This document shows, in pieces, positions 39,571-54,690 of a DNA stretch of 64,000 nucleotides. The notes below the pieces were generated by a model, which worked only from the letters and a program-made list of their open reading frames with translations, had not been told where the DNA came from and searched no databases. A program made the translations under genes and the position numbers. Positions within the stretch are counted from its first letter, which is position 1. The number at the start of each line of letters is the position of its first letter. The DNA comes from Hamiltosporidium tvaerminnensis FI-OER-3-3 (lineage: Eukaryota; Fungi; Microsporidia), in NCBI GenBank assembly GCA_022605425.2, contig CM061246.1, positions 1 to 64,000 of the forward strand, read 5' to 3'.

Positions 39571-42500
39571 GTGTAGGGTTTTTAAAGAAGGTTCAAGCAT
39601 GAAATTTATCACAAATTTCTAATACTTCATATGAAAAATATATCCTAATATTATGAGTTTTTTCTCGGCGTTGCTGTCTCTTATATTTCCTCATTAAAAG
39701 ATTCTCGAAGAATGTTTTAAAAGAAAGCAAATTGCAATTATTTTTTATTTCAAAGATATCTTACTTTCATACCTATTTAGTATGATGTATATCCAGAAAA
39801 TAAGAAAACTGTAAAATAGTTAAAAGAAAAATCTAAATTTGTACTAAAAACTTTAACTACAGCTTATCTTATGAAATAAAAACCTTCGGATTCATTGTAT
39901 ATAATTTTTTTTTATAAAATTTTCATTTTTTTTCTTCGTATTTTAAAATCGTTACAATTTTACTTTTAAGAGTTTTTATAAGTACGAACAAATATTAACT
40001 AGTATATGTATAAAATTAAATGTTTTCTTGTTTTAAATAGAATATTTCAAGTTTCATTTACCTTTAATTTAATTTTTTGGCATTTTTGGATTTCTTTATA
40101 GCATTTATGTATTTAATATATAATTTTTATTTTGTAATTGCTAACTTTACTTTATATAAGCACTAATAAGACGAAATTATTTTGAGTTTAATGTTTAAAA
40201 ATCGCATCATTTATAGACAAATATAACTTAACACATTTTCATCAAATTTCAAAGAAAAACAAATAGATAGAACACGTTGGTATAATATCATAATTATCCG
40301 ATAAAAATGTTAATCTAATCTTACGTTTCACAAGCTATAAGATGTACCTTTATTTTGTAAGTTCAAATGGCTACAGCCTTAAGTCTTATAACAATAGAAG
40401 GTTAGTCGGGAAACGTTCCTTTTAAGATAAGTTATATTTCCTTTTCTGATGTGGAAACTAAGTCAAAACAAATACGAATAAGAACTAAAAAAATAAAAGG
40501 TTAAGAATAAAATTAATTCAAACTTGGACTTTTAGTATATTTTTATAAATTGGAGACAATATTTTTTTAATTACACCTCTAAATTATCGAGCTATGAAAT
40601 ATAAAAGAGAAGCCTTTTAAAGATACCAAATTTTAATCTTAAAGGAAAGTAGGTTTAACGTATAAATTCATAGCACAAACAAGAAAACCATGAAAAAAAT
40701 AAAATAGAAGAATTATTTTTTATTTAAATAGATTGCAATTTTATTAAGCTTAAAGAAAGTATGAAATATGTTTCCCAAATTAAAAAGATTCTTTGTCAGT
40801 CATCAATCTGTATATTCATTTTCATACTGCTTAAACAGTTCTTTCTACGTTCTATATAAATAATTTCTTTAGATGAGTGATAAATTATTTGTTCAATAAG
40901 AACACATTGCATGAATTCTTTATATATTTCTTAAATTTTGTCTAAATTGAATTTTAATATACATTCCTTATGAAATTTTGAAAAATAAGTTGTTATGCAA
41001 AACCTTACAACCATTTAAATCTTTAGTCTATAGAACAAACCTTTACAGATATTTTTGAGGTTCGATTCTATTGCAATCATATCAATCATCAAGTATTTTT
41101 TACTACTTTTCATTTTAAAATTGAAATTAGAAAATCATGGAAATAATTTGCTTCACTCTGCTCTTTTGTTACAAAATAGCAAAACTCGAAATTTCTCATC
41201 AAAAACACTTTGAAATTATCAAAAGAAAAATGATTTTGAAACATTGATTAGATCATGATGTATATAAATAAAACCCATTAGACATCAATCAGCTTAACTA
41301 CATATTCTTCCTTTTTCCTTGGATCAGTTCCTTTCACAAGCCAAAAAGTTTTAATTCAACACAATTTGAACTCGTTTTAGGATTAGATATATTTGCAGAA
41401 GGGATTGTATAAATAATATAAGTGTCAATGAGGTAATTCTATTTATCCCATTATATTATTTCCAGGGATTTAAAACTTGAAATTTACATTTTAAATCTAT
41501 TTCCATTGTAAATATATCAACCAAGAATATTTTTATGTGTATTTAAAAGTGAAAAAGCCTCTTATTACACGAATAAACTAAATACTATTGCATTATCCCT
41601 GATTCACATGCTATTCACTTATTCTACTGCTTTACATTTTCTGGTCATATTGTTTGATTCATTCCTTTGTATTAACAAATATTTAGATATTGAAACCGTT
41701 AGGGTAAAAATTTGTAAAAAATAAATAGAAAAAATTTAAAAAGCCATTTCGAAATAGAGAATAATCTCAATACAAAATAAAAATGAAATTTTATTCTATT
41801 AAGAAATCTTTTACAATTAATTTCTGGCTTAATATATTGCCTATACTATTTAAGACCTTTTTAGGAATATAATTTGATAATAGGTATTTCAATAAATATT
41901 AAATTAAATATTTTTGAATTTTAATTCTAAAATTTAAAAAGGTATCATCTTTTAGAAACGACTTCTATACTTTAAGCATTTCAAAATCAAAAAAAAATCG
42001 AATTATTATCTGTATATATTATTTTAAAATGTGCAATTTGTTCTAAAATTAATAACGAATTTTAACTTTATAATAAAATCATTTCAATGAATCTGTGGTA
42101 TGAAATACGTTATAAGAATTTAAATTATATATCTCAGTCGTAAAGAAGAATTTTTAGTCTGTTTAAAATTTCTTTAAATTAATAAATTTTTAATAAATAG
42201 TTCTAAAAAAAAATTTAAAATTTCAAAAAATATATCTTACAAATATTAGAATTTTATTTTTTGAATTTGCAAACGAATAAAAATTATATGTTTGGAATCT
42301 TTTGATTTCAAAAAGTAATTTCGAATAGAAGACATACTTTCTATATGAGAAATTTAGATTTTGATTTCCGCTCTTGTAACAGTCATATAAGATTCTTTGT
42401 AATTCAAAAACGTTTTAAAAATATTTTAAGGGTATAAAAATAACAGGTTATCGATTCATCGTATTGATTTTGGACATATAATCATGAATAGTACTTATAT

Positions 42501-44299
42501 TGTTTTTAAGAGCTATGATTTATTGATTCTGATTGTATAATTTGTTTCAGTAGAGCAAATAATAAAATTATGAATACAAAATATTTTTAAGAGTTACATT
42601 CATAAAACCATGCAATCCTAAAAAATGTAAAATTTAATGAGAAAGGGTCTTCTTTGTCTCTTTTCTAATAATATAGATATCAATACATGATGATGCCAAG
42701 CCATATGTTTAGAGGCAAAGCCATTTGTATAAAGATAAATTAGTGATGCTGCTGAGTAATTTTAATTTTAAATTGTCATATTTGCAAAATATCTGTCAAA
42801 TTTAAATATATAGGCGTACCAGTAATATGAAGATTCAAAATTTTTCATTTTCTTATAATCTGATTAAAAGTATGGTTCTGGGTCAATCATCGAAAAAAAT
42901 GTGTCCAGAGATTGTTTAGTTGCCGACAAATAATCATTCATAAACTTTTTAGTTACAAAATTTAGAGTTTTTATAGATTTTATATTTGGTTATATCATAT
43001 TATATTTGCTCTTATATTTTTAAATAAACCCATGTATGTATTCGCAACTAACACTATATTATTGTTTTAAACCTGCTTTAAGAAGAATCTATTAAATAAT
43101 AAAAATAATTCATGCGATAAATTTTGCGACAAAAAAGTTATTTTAAATGTCTTGGAATTATTTTTACTCTTATTAGCCTAAAGCATCCGTTATTGGTTGA
43201 TTTTCGTTCCAAACATATATAAAACCCAAAGAATTGTTTTCTTGACTTTAAATGATATCGCCTTTATAATAAAAATTATGTGAAAATATATTTTTTCAAT
43301 TAAAAATCTATATCACCATATTCCAAAAACAAATTAATATGTTATTACTGAAAATCAAGTTGCTTTTAAAAGTATGTTTTGAGAATAATTAGAAAGAAAT
43401 AAACTAGATTTTATTAAAAAATATATTGTAAACATTACTATGATGATAAAATAAAAATGTTTGAAACAACACTTTATTGTATTTCTATTTTAAGATGTCA
43501 TGTTAACACATATTTGTAGGTTTGCAATAGCAATCATCAAAACAGACTCTTTTACATTTTTTACTGCTTCTGAAAATAGCATATTGAATCAAACCAAGGG
43601 AATAGTATTTTTTATAAAAATATTTGCTATAGCTTTTGAAATATTAAGGAAAGATATATAGAAAGATACAGAGTTCTCTCGTTAGAATATATGAATTCTA
43701 AGATTTAATACAATTGATTTAAAATATCTTAAATCGTTAGAATTATGAAATTTGCTTCTACAGTAGATCTATGAATCTATTTCTTTTTTAAATTTTCGAA
43801 ATATTTAGTTCGTTTACACATAAATTCCTGAATGTAATATATGATGATTTAATTTTGAAGTAAATAAAAAAGAGGAGTATAAAATTAAAAAACTAGATTT
43901 TAAAAAATTAGTTATACAATTTTTTTCTTTTTTGAATTTCAATATTCTTTAAAAATCAAAAAAAATATACTCTTAGCATTCCTATAATTGTAAAAGTCTA
44001 AAACCTTAAGGTTAATAAGCCCAATTTATTTAAAATCTTTGGAAAAAATCGATAGGATTATTACTAAAAAATAATTTATTTATTTATATTAATCAGGTAA
44101 AATTGAAAAAAAGACTTTTAGTGATCTATAGAAAGATTTCTTAGGTTTGAACGAAATGCTTGAAAATTTTTTATTAAAAACAGATATTCTTTTATTTGTA
44201 ATTTTCTATATGGTGTTAATCAACCTTATTCAAAATATTGCCTAATTAATTTAGAATACGGCTTTTAATCACTTGCTCACTTTTTCTGAAAGGAAATAA

Positions 44300-45720
44300 A
44301 ACATATTAGACATTACTGTTAATAATATCTCTTTTCAGCAAAAAGTGGTTTGTTTTTGTTGAAAAATCCATTTTTTGCAAGTTTTAATGAACTACTTAAT
44401 TCTAAATGGATAAGTTTTTATATAAGAAAAATTTTCCTCTTCCAACTAAATTATTAATAAGCATTCGAAAAAATAATAGAAATCTGGTACTCTTTTTTCT
44501 CAGAATTTTAGATTCTATCGAAGTAAAGGGACATGGCCTTAAGTCTGTATCTTATATTATTTGATTTCAAATTTGGCTTTTTTATGATAAATGCTCTCTT
44601 GATTCTAGAAATATAAAAAAAATTTGTCTAGTCTTGCAAACTCCGGTGAAAAATCACAATCAAGACATTATTTTTAATGTCTCGCATCTGGTTAAATTTA
44701 GAACGAATTATAATAATAGTTTTCTTGGAATAAAATAGATTAGAAAATTATTTTCAAAAAATTTCTAAGTGTTACAAAGTAGTTGGTTTAATATTGAAAC
44801 GGCTAGAATGAGCAGAAGGTAATACAGAAAAGATCGGGGAAATCGAACTTAGTCATGAGCAGTATAACTGTTTAGATATCTTCATCTAAAATATAATATC
44901 CGATAAATTTAGGAGTTATTATTTCTTGGCGATTATATGGCAATATACTGATTAAATTCGAAACAAATCTTGTTATAATCTAAATATTCACTATAAAATA
45001 AAAAGAACGCATGAAGAACTTCTATCGAAATTACTCGTTGTAAATTTACAATGAAAATATAATGTTGAAAATTTAGTTATTATTTCTACGAAAAAAAAAT
45101 GATTTTCAAGGCATTTCCGTGCAATCTAGCATATATGCAACTCTAACCTAGTTTTTACTATTTTCTGGTTATGCTGCTTTATTTTTTCCTCGGGCACTAC
45201 TGTCAATTCAACTCCTTCTAAAATTAAAACTTTGTAATCTTAGAATGAATATAAAATATATCGAATTTCTTTATATCATAATTTGGTATATTACGCTCAA
45301 ATCAATAATGTTTTTAACATGAAATGTTTCAACATACATACATCTGAATTAGATCCGAATCTAATATTAGTATTGCGACCCTATCTGTTTAAGGGCCACG
45401 TGTTATTTGTGTGATGTTTTTTTTCTAATAAATGTCTTACTGGTTGTACATATATTTTAGAACATATTACACCTAACACTTAAAGGTTTTTTGATAAATA
45501 CTTTCGCAAAGAACTCTTACTAAATTTCTGAGCATTATTTACTCTTGTAAATTTTACATTCCTTAGATTTACTTTGCAAAAATCTATTGCGTAGAAATGA
45601 AAACATTGGATTATATTTATATTTTCACTTTTTATTATTTTTTTGGTGGTACCTTAGTGGTATTTGTACTCATATACTTACTTCTTCTTTCTTTTATAAA
45701 TTTTTTTTTGAAAGTAAAAA
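44300..45720 (-). mobile_element. Decayed, internally deleted Ty3/gypsy relic (gag knuckle, protease, RT end, RNase H)
   Basis: Minus-strand remnants in correct order: RCNMF*NICTTSKTF with CX2CX4HX4C spacing (~45430-45477), ILILDSD (~45355), KFIGYYI (~44900), SEKKE...LVGRGKF..KT (~44420-44505). Confidence 0.4.
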
Positions 45721-45899
45721 TTCTATCTTGTTCGAACTCATTTTACGGATTAAATAAATTATATTTATAAATTGAATTTGTTTTAATTATTTCTTAGTTT
45801 ATAGCAAATTTTTTGTGTTTTGTACTGATTGAAAAAACTGAAATATTATTCTTTAATGTACGTTTAATTAACGAAAGATGTTTTAATTGCGCATTATAG

Positions 45900-47650
45900 A
45901 GTTTTTGTTCTATGAAATATTTCATTAAATTTCTTTCTGATCTATCCAAAATATTTTGACTTGTAATTTAATATTGTATATTCGCAATAGATTAGCTTTA
46001 AAAGCTAGGAGGCCATGTTTAGCATTTTATTAGAGTTATCTTAAATTTTCTTCCATAAACATGTAAAGAGAAATTGGCTAACTTTTTATTCTAGTTTCTT
46101 TTATATACTATATACTCCAAAGAATATAGCTTTTTGATTTTATGGCATTTTAATTTGCCCAGAATTCTATATTTTTAATCTAAATAAACTAATAGATTCC
46201 TTTATAGTATATTAAATTATAGGAATTACTGTTATATAACAAATATATTTTATAAAGACCATCATATATTTGGCGTATTATGTAAGACTATAAATAATTT
46301 AATAAAAGTAATATTGGAATCTTAGTTGAGAAATCTAGCCATAGTAAGAATCATAGGGTTTGCAATAATAAAAAATGATGTTTAATTTTATTCGTGCTGA
46401 TTCGCAAGTAAATAAACTCAGATCATACTTTTTGAAAATGTTTCTTCTCAAGCAAATAAAATTTACAGCTGTTAAAATTCATACGGGTTAAAATATTTTC
46501 TATTAAAATAGACTCTACTATAGAATTTTTCTTTAAGTTTAAAATTTATATATTATATTCTTATAATAAAGTTTTAAGGATTTTAATTAAATGAATTCAT
46601 TTTCTTAAATCTCATTTCAAAATATAAAACTATCTAAACTAAAAAAATTGTTAATTATTTTAAATCAGTTAGCTTTCTCTCTTTTGAACAAATCCTTGCA
46701 AGGTTTTATAAATATTACAACAGTCAGAAAAATCTTGAAATAATACGTTAAAGATAAGAACGATAATATAGAATCATAATATTTTTTAGAAATTAAATAT
46801 GAAGAATTTTCGTACTCATTTTGCTTAATAATTTAAGTTAACCAAGAAAATATAAATGTAAAATATTATTCACTTGGAAATAATAGCAAAAAAAGATATA
46901 GAATGGTATATAAATATTCTTTAATTTATTTTGAAGGCTCAATCTGTATTTTGATGCACGCTTTTAATAAAAGCAATTTTACTGCCAAATTTTAAGCATT
47001 TAACTAAATCTACTTTACTAGGATAGTATCCTTATTACATAGAAGTTTCTAAATTTGAAATTTTTTATTTATCTTGCTGACTTATTTGAAAATACTCAAC
47101 ATGATAATTTTACGAGTATCAAATCTTCGTTACATCTAAATTTGAATATTCTTATGCTATAAATACCTGTATTCAACTCAAGTTTAGACATCATCTAGAA
47201 TTAAAATGTGTAAGGTACAAAAATTCTTTATTAAAATGTCTGATCTAAGATTATTAAGGTTTACAGCTACAATGTTGTTGGTATTTCGCCCGCTACTAAA
47301 TTACTAGTTATATAATAACTTTTCGATTTTTCTTTACCATCTTTTTAAGAGACTTCTCAATATTAATCGCATTAAGAAGGTAATCATTTTATATTCTATA
47401 CAAGAGAAATTTTATTAGAATCTTAAATACCTTTTCTTGTATTATTTCTACTTTTCTTAAACAAAAAACTCAATTTCCATAATAAAATATTCGGTTTATC
47501 GCACACATTTAAAACGTACGCCATTAATCTAATATTATTCATATTCTTCATTTTATATTTGTTGTACAGAACTTTCTATTTTTCATTTATATTTTCAAGA
47601 ACCAATTAATATCATTTAAGAAATTTTAAAATTTCGTTTTATTACATTGG
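45900..47650 (-). pseudogene. Decayed gene with leucine-rich-repeat-like segments
   Basis: Minus-strand fragments FCTLHILILDDV (~47185-47222) and KKISNLET (~47045-47068) fit LxxLxL periodicity. Many stops; boundaries guessed. Confidence 0.3.
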
Positions 47651-49859
47651 CATGCTATAATATTTTATAAAAAAAATTAAATAAAATATTTTAATCCGTT
47701 TAAATAGATTGGTAAATTTGAGGGTACTTAGTATCTTGTTAATTCATTAGTTTTTCTTTGGTAAATGCTATATAATATATATTTAAAATTGGGTCAGGAT
47801 ATACAAAAGAAATATGAGTTTTTAATTATTTTGATTTTATAAAAGATTTTTAGCAGTACAGAGTAAAGGGTGATGTAAAATATATAGGGTTATTTTAGAA
47901 TTAAAAGAGAATTACGTAATTATTAATATTGGCTTTTCATTTAAAAATTGATCTTTAACTAAAAAAAAATGTTCTAAGGATTATTAGATTTATCAGTGAA
48001 ATTCGATTTAAGTATTTTTTATTTCTTTTAGATTAAATCATTCATAAAGAATATAATATTTTAGATTATTTTAATTTTAGTTTCTTCTGTTTTTACCTAT
48101 TTTGGTCTGTATAGCGTTTTTTAAAATGAATTTGGGTTGAGTTTAAATTTTATACTTTCCTTCATTACATGTTTTTTTTATATAAGCCCAATTTTAAATT
48201 CTTTACAGATATCTAAATTTATGGTAGCCCATCTTAGTGCACTAATGACCGTAAAATTATGATATAATAGGAAAGATGATATATGTCGAGAGATATCGGA
48301 TCAAATAAATTTATGAAGCATTTTTTGGGTGATTCCTTTTGAAAGAATCAATATTTGTTCAAAATTTAGAGACATAATGCGAAGTCGAATCAAACATCAA
48401 AGTTATTCTAAGAAGATTACACCTAATTGTACATAAAGGGATATTAATTTTTTATTATCAGATATATATCTTTTTTGTTTTAAGATTATCCATTTAGTCG
48501 TTGCTAACTTTTTTTTAAGAATAAATGCTATATATATTTGCTGTATCATAATTTATTTTGTAACTATCATATATAATTTAAATTTTAATTATGTGGAATA
48601 ATGTTTTGAAATTTAAATTTTCATGTCCTGGGAATATATTAAACCGAATTCTAAATATTTTTAATTGTTTTGCTTTTTATAATTTACCCTTAAAATCGCT
48701 ACTAACTAATTTAATACATTATAGAAGCAACTGGGAAAAATATAAATCTATATATTAAACCAATTTACAAAAAAAATATATATTTTATTTATTATTGTAG
48801 TATGAAACGAGTTATTATAGATACTGAAAAATATTAATTAAGTTTATGAAATTGATTTTTATTAGAGTTTTTGCTTTAAATTTGTTGATTAAACAAATTG
48901 ATCAAAAAAGAGATTTACTAAATTCCGAGTATCTCTTCTATATTAATATTCTTAGTGTATATCTTTATATAAAAATTTGAAATAAGTTTAATTTATAACT
49001 GAATAGTTTCTGGTATTGTCTTTGCTTATTTAGGTATCATTGCAGATTTTTACCTTTTTTATATAATTTTTTAGTTCTTTACGAAATCTAGAGTTAATAA
49101 ATAAATTTACTCTAAATGTTTTCTTATAAGCAAAAAATGCACCTTAGATGAAAATAAAATATTATTTTTATACCTTATAAAGATATCATAAATAAATTGG
49201 TCAATACTCTATTTTTTCTATTATATATTCATTTCTAGATATATAAGTATCATTTTTGATCCTTTTTATATCTACTAAATTAAAATAAACAATTTGAAAT
49301 GGAAATTTCTTTTTGTATCTTAAAATTTTTCTGTTTCAGATTTTTCTTATAAAAAAAATAATTCAAAATGTATATTTTAAGAAATGTTTAAATGATCTCT
49401 TTTCTTTTATAAAATATATAAATTTTTAAAAGTTACTAAATATAACTTTAAATAAATTACTTTTTTAGTCATTTTAACATTTGAATTATCTAACTGCAAG
49501 TTACATTTGTTAGTATTTTAATACTAATCGTACAAGATATTTTTTTCTAATAAAATAGGAATTTTAAATACTTCGTAGCAAAGAATCAAATTTTATTTTT
49601 TTGTAATTTAAATCCAAGGCAAAAGTAGTTTTAAAAGCAATCAAAAACTTTAACTTTTTATACAAAGCATACTTTTATGTTATCAATCTCTCATTGAAAA
49701 TCGATGTTCTAATTGATTAAAATTTTTTTTAAAATTGTATTTTTTAAAAACAAAAAAAAAATCAGATTTGAATTTTTATATTTGTAAATTCAGAATTTTA
49801 TTTACTCAGCATAAAAAAACTAATCTAAAAAAATAAGGGTCAAGAGACATTATATTCGT

Positions 49860-51575
49860 TTTAAGCTGTTTCAAATCTAATCTTAGTAAATTTTTATCTT
49901 TTTTAACTTTTTTGATGTCTATTCTAGATATTTTTTAAACATCATAATTCAGCATTATCGTAAACTTATGAAAATTTAAAGTAATTTGCAAGAAATAAAC
50001 AAGAAAACTTTTTTATTGAAGTTTTTCTTTTGAAAACAATTGTGTGTATATTAAAATAATTTGTGACACATTCTTCTGTTTTAAAAATTTGCTTTATCAA
50101 CTTTAAATATATATTTCCAAGAATTTAAAAAAACCTATTATTTAACTAGTAAAAGTATGAGCAATTGATAATTGAAACCATTTTTTATTTTAATAAGTTT
50201 TTTAGAATTTTCTGTTGAAATAAATGTTTTCATTACTTTTTGAGAATATTTTCATTTATTTTTAGATTTTCTAAATTTTAATAAAGTAAAAAACTATTAA
50301 GGTAATTTTCAGACGTATCATAATTCAATATCATATAAAAATTCATTACTTAAATGTAGGTTTAAAATTTTATATTAGAAATACTATAATTAATACACGT
50401 AAAACCCAATATAAAATAGAATCAAGATTTCTAAGGTTAAAATACACAATACTTGACTATTTTTTCATTCCTTTGAATATTTAATTGAAAAATAAAGAAA
50501 TGAAATAAATTAAAGCATATGTAGTCTTTTATTTTTAAAAATATGTTCGCTCCAATAAAAAAACATAATTATTTGAGCCATAAGGCTTTGCAAACCAGAA
50601 GTAACATAAAAAAATCATAACTGACATAAGACACTCATCTATGCAGTTCAAATATCAAAGCTTAATACGAAGAAACTTGTAAATCTAATTTTTTCTAAAA
50701 TATTTTTAGTTTCAATAGTTTTCTGGTTTTTATTGAATGGTTTTAGAAAAAATTAAATTTTACCTTTCAACGAGAGCTCTATATACAATTAAAGTAAAAT
50801 GTATGACTTTAGCTTTGATTAAAACGAACTTTATTTTTTAAAATTATATTCATATACGTCTAAATAATCTTTAAAAAGCAAATATAGGATTTAATTGCTT
50901 TTATTATTTACTGCGCATCATCTATTTACTGTATATCCGTAAAAAAAGGACATTCATCCTATTGTAAATCATCCAATGCTTTTGTGAAACTGAGAGATAG
51001 CTACTTTCGTATTGTATTATCTAGGAAGATATATTAAGATGAATGCAAGTAAGTTCATTATATTGTATATCAAAGCATATCTTTGCATATATCTTAAATA
51101 TCGATCTCAAATTACATATTGTGATGCATGTTAGACAAGTTCATATATATCTTGCATCCTTTATGGGTATTTTTAGTCTAAGTTTATAAATTTTCTACTT
51201 CTATTAAGATTTTTATATGTCACGATAGATTTTTTTAATTATTTAGAAACTTCAAATCTCGATCAAATGTTGAAGGGTAGACACTGTGAATAGTAATTTA
51301 TAAATGAGAATCGTTTAATTAACTTAAGGCTGTGTAAATTTCTGTTATAAAAGTTTGTGTAAAAGGTTTTATGTAGATTTATTTTAAAATTTTCAAGTAT
51401 TATTAGTTTTGGCTCAAAGTTTTTGTTGGATTTGTTTACATCAAATATATTTATATATAGCTATAAATCATGCAAAAGATAAATTTCCTGTTCTTATAAG
51501 GATACAATATAATTAAAATTGTTCCATAGCTTTCTAAAATAATGAAATAAATTCATGGTACATAAAATTTTAAAT
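49860..51575 (-). pseudogene. Family B paralog 2, with weakly BTB/POZ-like N-terminal segments
   Basis: Colinear with 14870-16472. Candidate ATGs at ~51567 and ~51574. ITIHSVYPSTFDRDLKFL (~51245-51297) and DIYELV*HASQY loosely resemble BTB helices (inference). Confidence 0.65.
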
Positions 51576-54377
51576 TTTTTAAAAAAAGTCTCATTTATTA
51601 AAGAATAGGATAGTTTGTTATCAAACTAACGAATTTTAATTTTTAAATTTAAATGAAAATTATTTTATTAATAATAAATTATAAAATTATGAACCTTAGA
51701 CACTATTCTTTTACTGGATAATTTTAAGTACTTAGCTATTCTCTTTAGATTTCCTACAACAGTCACAATGGATAAACTTATATTAAAACATTAAATATAA
51801 ATAATTCATAAAAAATTTACAATAAAACTTTATCATATAAAAGAAAAATTAAAATCTACAAAAGAATTTAAAAATATTGGTTTTTTTGCTCTAATTTTTT
51901 TACAGATTTATAAATTGTCAAAAATAAGTTTACAAAAAATGATATGTTCTGCAAATTTACCAATGCTTAAAGAAAGGAACTACTTTTTATAAAACTTTTC
52001 AGAATAAAATGAGATAACAAAAGTTCCTTAACTTGTATCTTGCTAAAAAATGTATGAGGAAATAAATATAAGTGTTAAAGGCGTAGTATAACTAAATTTA
52101 ATTTGAAGAACATCTTTATGCGATTATTCTACAACCAATTAAACTAAGTTTTTTCTTCGGATTTTCTTATTTTTTATGAATGTTTTTTGCTTATTATACA
52201 CATGTTACTTAAAAGTCTTAATTTGTTATTAAAAATTAAAAATAAAATTTTTAATGTCATGCAAAGATAGTATTTCTATTTTTCCGTTTTTAAAGGAATC
52301 ACTTATAATTAATTTTTTAAAAACAAATTTTTTTTTAAAGCATTTTATTAACTTGTGAGCCATATGACCACTGTTTTTTTTGGTCTTACTCGAAAATTTA
52401 TAATCAAGTTTTTTAAAAACGAGTTAGATAATTTAGAATTTTCATATTGATTTACACTTAACAATTAAATCTTTCGCACCAAATATCAACCATCCTATAC
52501 AAGTATCATAAAACAGATCTATCAGGTGATGTTTTATTAGAATTCTTTAATTCACTTTTAAAGCCTTCTCCCTGTCCCCTTGTGCGTAAAAATTTTCTTT
52601 GTTAATAATATAACAAATTTTGCACTATTTTAAAAACCAAATACATTAATAATATAGTTTCTAAGATAACTTAAAATCCTTGGTGCAACTAACTATTGCG
52701 ATGCCTTACACGAATACACCTCATGTTATTGTGTTTCAAATCGAGCCTTCAATCATTGCTTAAAATCATTAGGCGCCCAATGCCAATTATCTACATGTGT
52801 TTAAATCATATCTGAACACCCATACCTTATAATCTATGTTTATACTACGATATTATCAACATATATTCTTCTTTTTAATATATTCTTTCTCTCATTTTAA
52901 GTTTTTCATTCTTACATCTTTCCTTTTCATAATTCTCACCTCACTCTTAATTTAATTTTTCTATAAAGGAAGATCTATTAATATTCAAATCATAGTGAGT
53001 AAAAATTTGCAAAAAAAAAATATAGCGATCTTTAAAAACAAAAATCATTCTTAAGCAGATTTTCCCTGCAATAAAAATCCTAATATTTTACATATAATTC
53101 TAAAGCTTATAATATTTGTCTTTTTTTATTGTTTCTACAATAAGGAAATTTACAGAAATGTAATTTCAATATATCTGCTTTCCATAAATGATCCCAGTTT
53201 TTTTTTAACATTGGCAAATTTGAAAATTCACTAAATAATTAACTTCTAAAAATCCATTTGTATTGTAAGAGATCTTTAAAATAGAAGAAAATTTTTTTCT
53301 TAATTTTTTTAATTTATATCTTAGACGTAAATTTTCTTTTATATCGAAAAACCATTATTAAATAGAATGGCAAAATACTTAGTGTGTTTGTATTGTAAAA
53401 TACTCGCTAGAAATACATCTTTTATATTTTGCTGTATGTAAGAGATTTTGGTCTGATTTGGATCTGTATTTTAATTAATAATTTTTCGAAAAACTTTACT
53501 TTGTTATTCCTCTAACAGAATATACATTAAAAAGTTATATGTTTATAGTTTACCAGAAACATATGGGAAGATGACTTTATTTCTAAAGTAGATAAACAGA
53601 TATTCAAAGTTCGAGAAAATATTTTAGCTAAAAAATATTCAATTTAATTTCAAGTTATTAAAAACGTATATATTTTTATATTCGGTTTAGAACATTTATA
53701 AACTATATAAAATACTTGGCAAAATATTAATCTTTGTTTTTAATTTCTGGTATGAATTTAAATATTTAAGACTTTTTTATCATTAAACGTTAATAGATTG
53801 TTTTTTAGTAGTATAATCAGATATATTAATTTAAATATCAAAAATTCTAATGTAAGCAATAATGTATGGAAATTTGAATTAAGTAGATGATTTTAGTAAA
53901 GGTAGACTTTATTAAAAAAAAAGGCAAAATTCAATGTAAATATCACGATTATGACACCATCATATGATGATAGGTTGACATATGTCCAGGTAAAAAAAAT
54001 TTGAATAAATATTATAACAATGCGATGCTTGCGAGATTAAAAAAAGTATTTTACAAAAAACTGGTGAGGGAAATAACCAAAAAATACTTTTGCTTGAAAA
54101 TAAATATTGAAGGTTTAGTTGTACAATATTTTTTTAGTTTTTAGGTTGATATAGATCTGCATAAAATATTCTGTTATTTGGTAGTTGGTTGTTTTAAGAT
54201 GTAAAGGATTTCGAAATGCAAAACTTTTTCAAATCTGTTTATATTTTTTTTATAATGTAACTAGATTTGTAGCTGCAGCTTAATTTTTAGTCATTCGCGA
54301 AGAAATCTTAACTTTTATCACTCGAATTTGAGACTTAGCACTTGGAAAAACACAAATAAAAATTTTTAAAGTTGAGG

Positions 54378-54690
54378 AACCTAAGATGCAGGTTATACCT
54401 ACCGTATGAAAATGCTAGTTTCGGTAGAACCCATGTAATTCGCTGGGCTATATCTTAGATGTAGTCAAATAGAGTGGTAATGCTAAAGTAAGTCTGAAAT
54501 CGGCATGGTCTTAGAGATACATGGGATAGCATTTGACTTACGATCAAATCTTAGTCAAGGGACAGCAATAAATATTTGCAGACTGCATTTGGAAAGAATT
54601 AGGTTTTTCTACGCGTTTTACGTGGTAATTCTTTTGATCTAAGAACAATTAAAGTACCGATAAAGTGTTCGAGAAGCAGTCACTTAGGTT
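54378..54690. other. GC-richer, highly self-complementary island (structured ncRNA or small TIR element candidate)
   Basis: Terminal AACCTAAG/CTTAGGTT pair plus at least six internal complementary pairs of 6-10 bp. No ORF. Confidence 0.45.
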
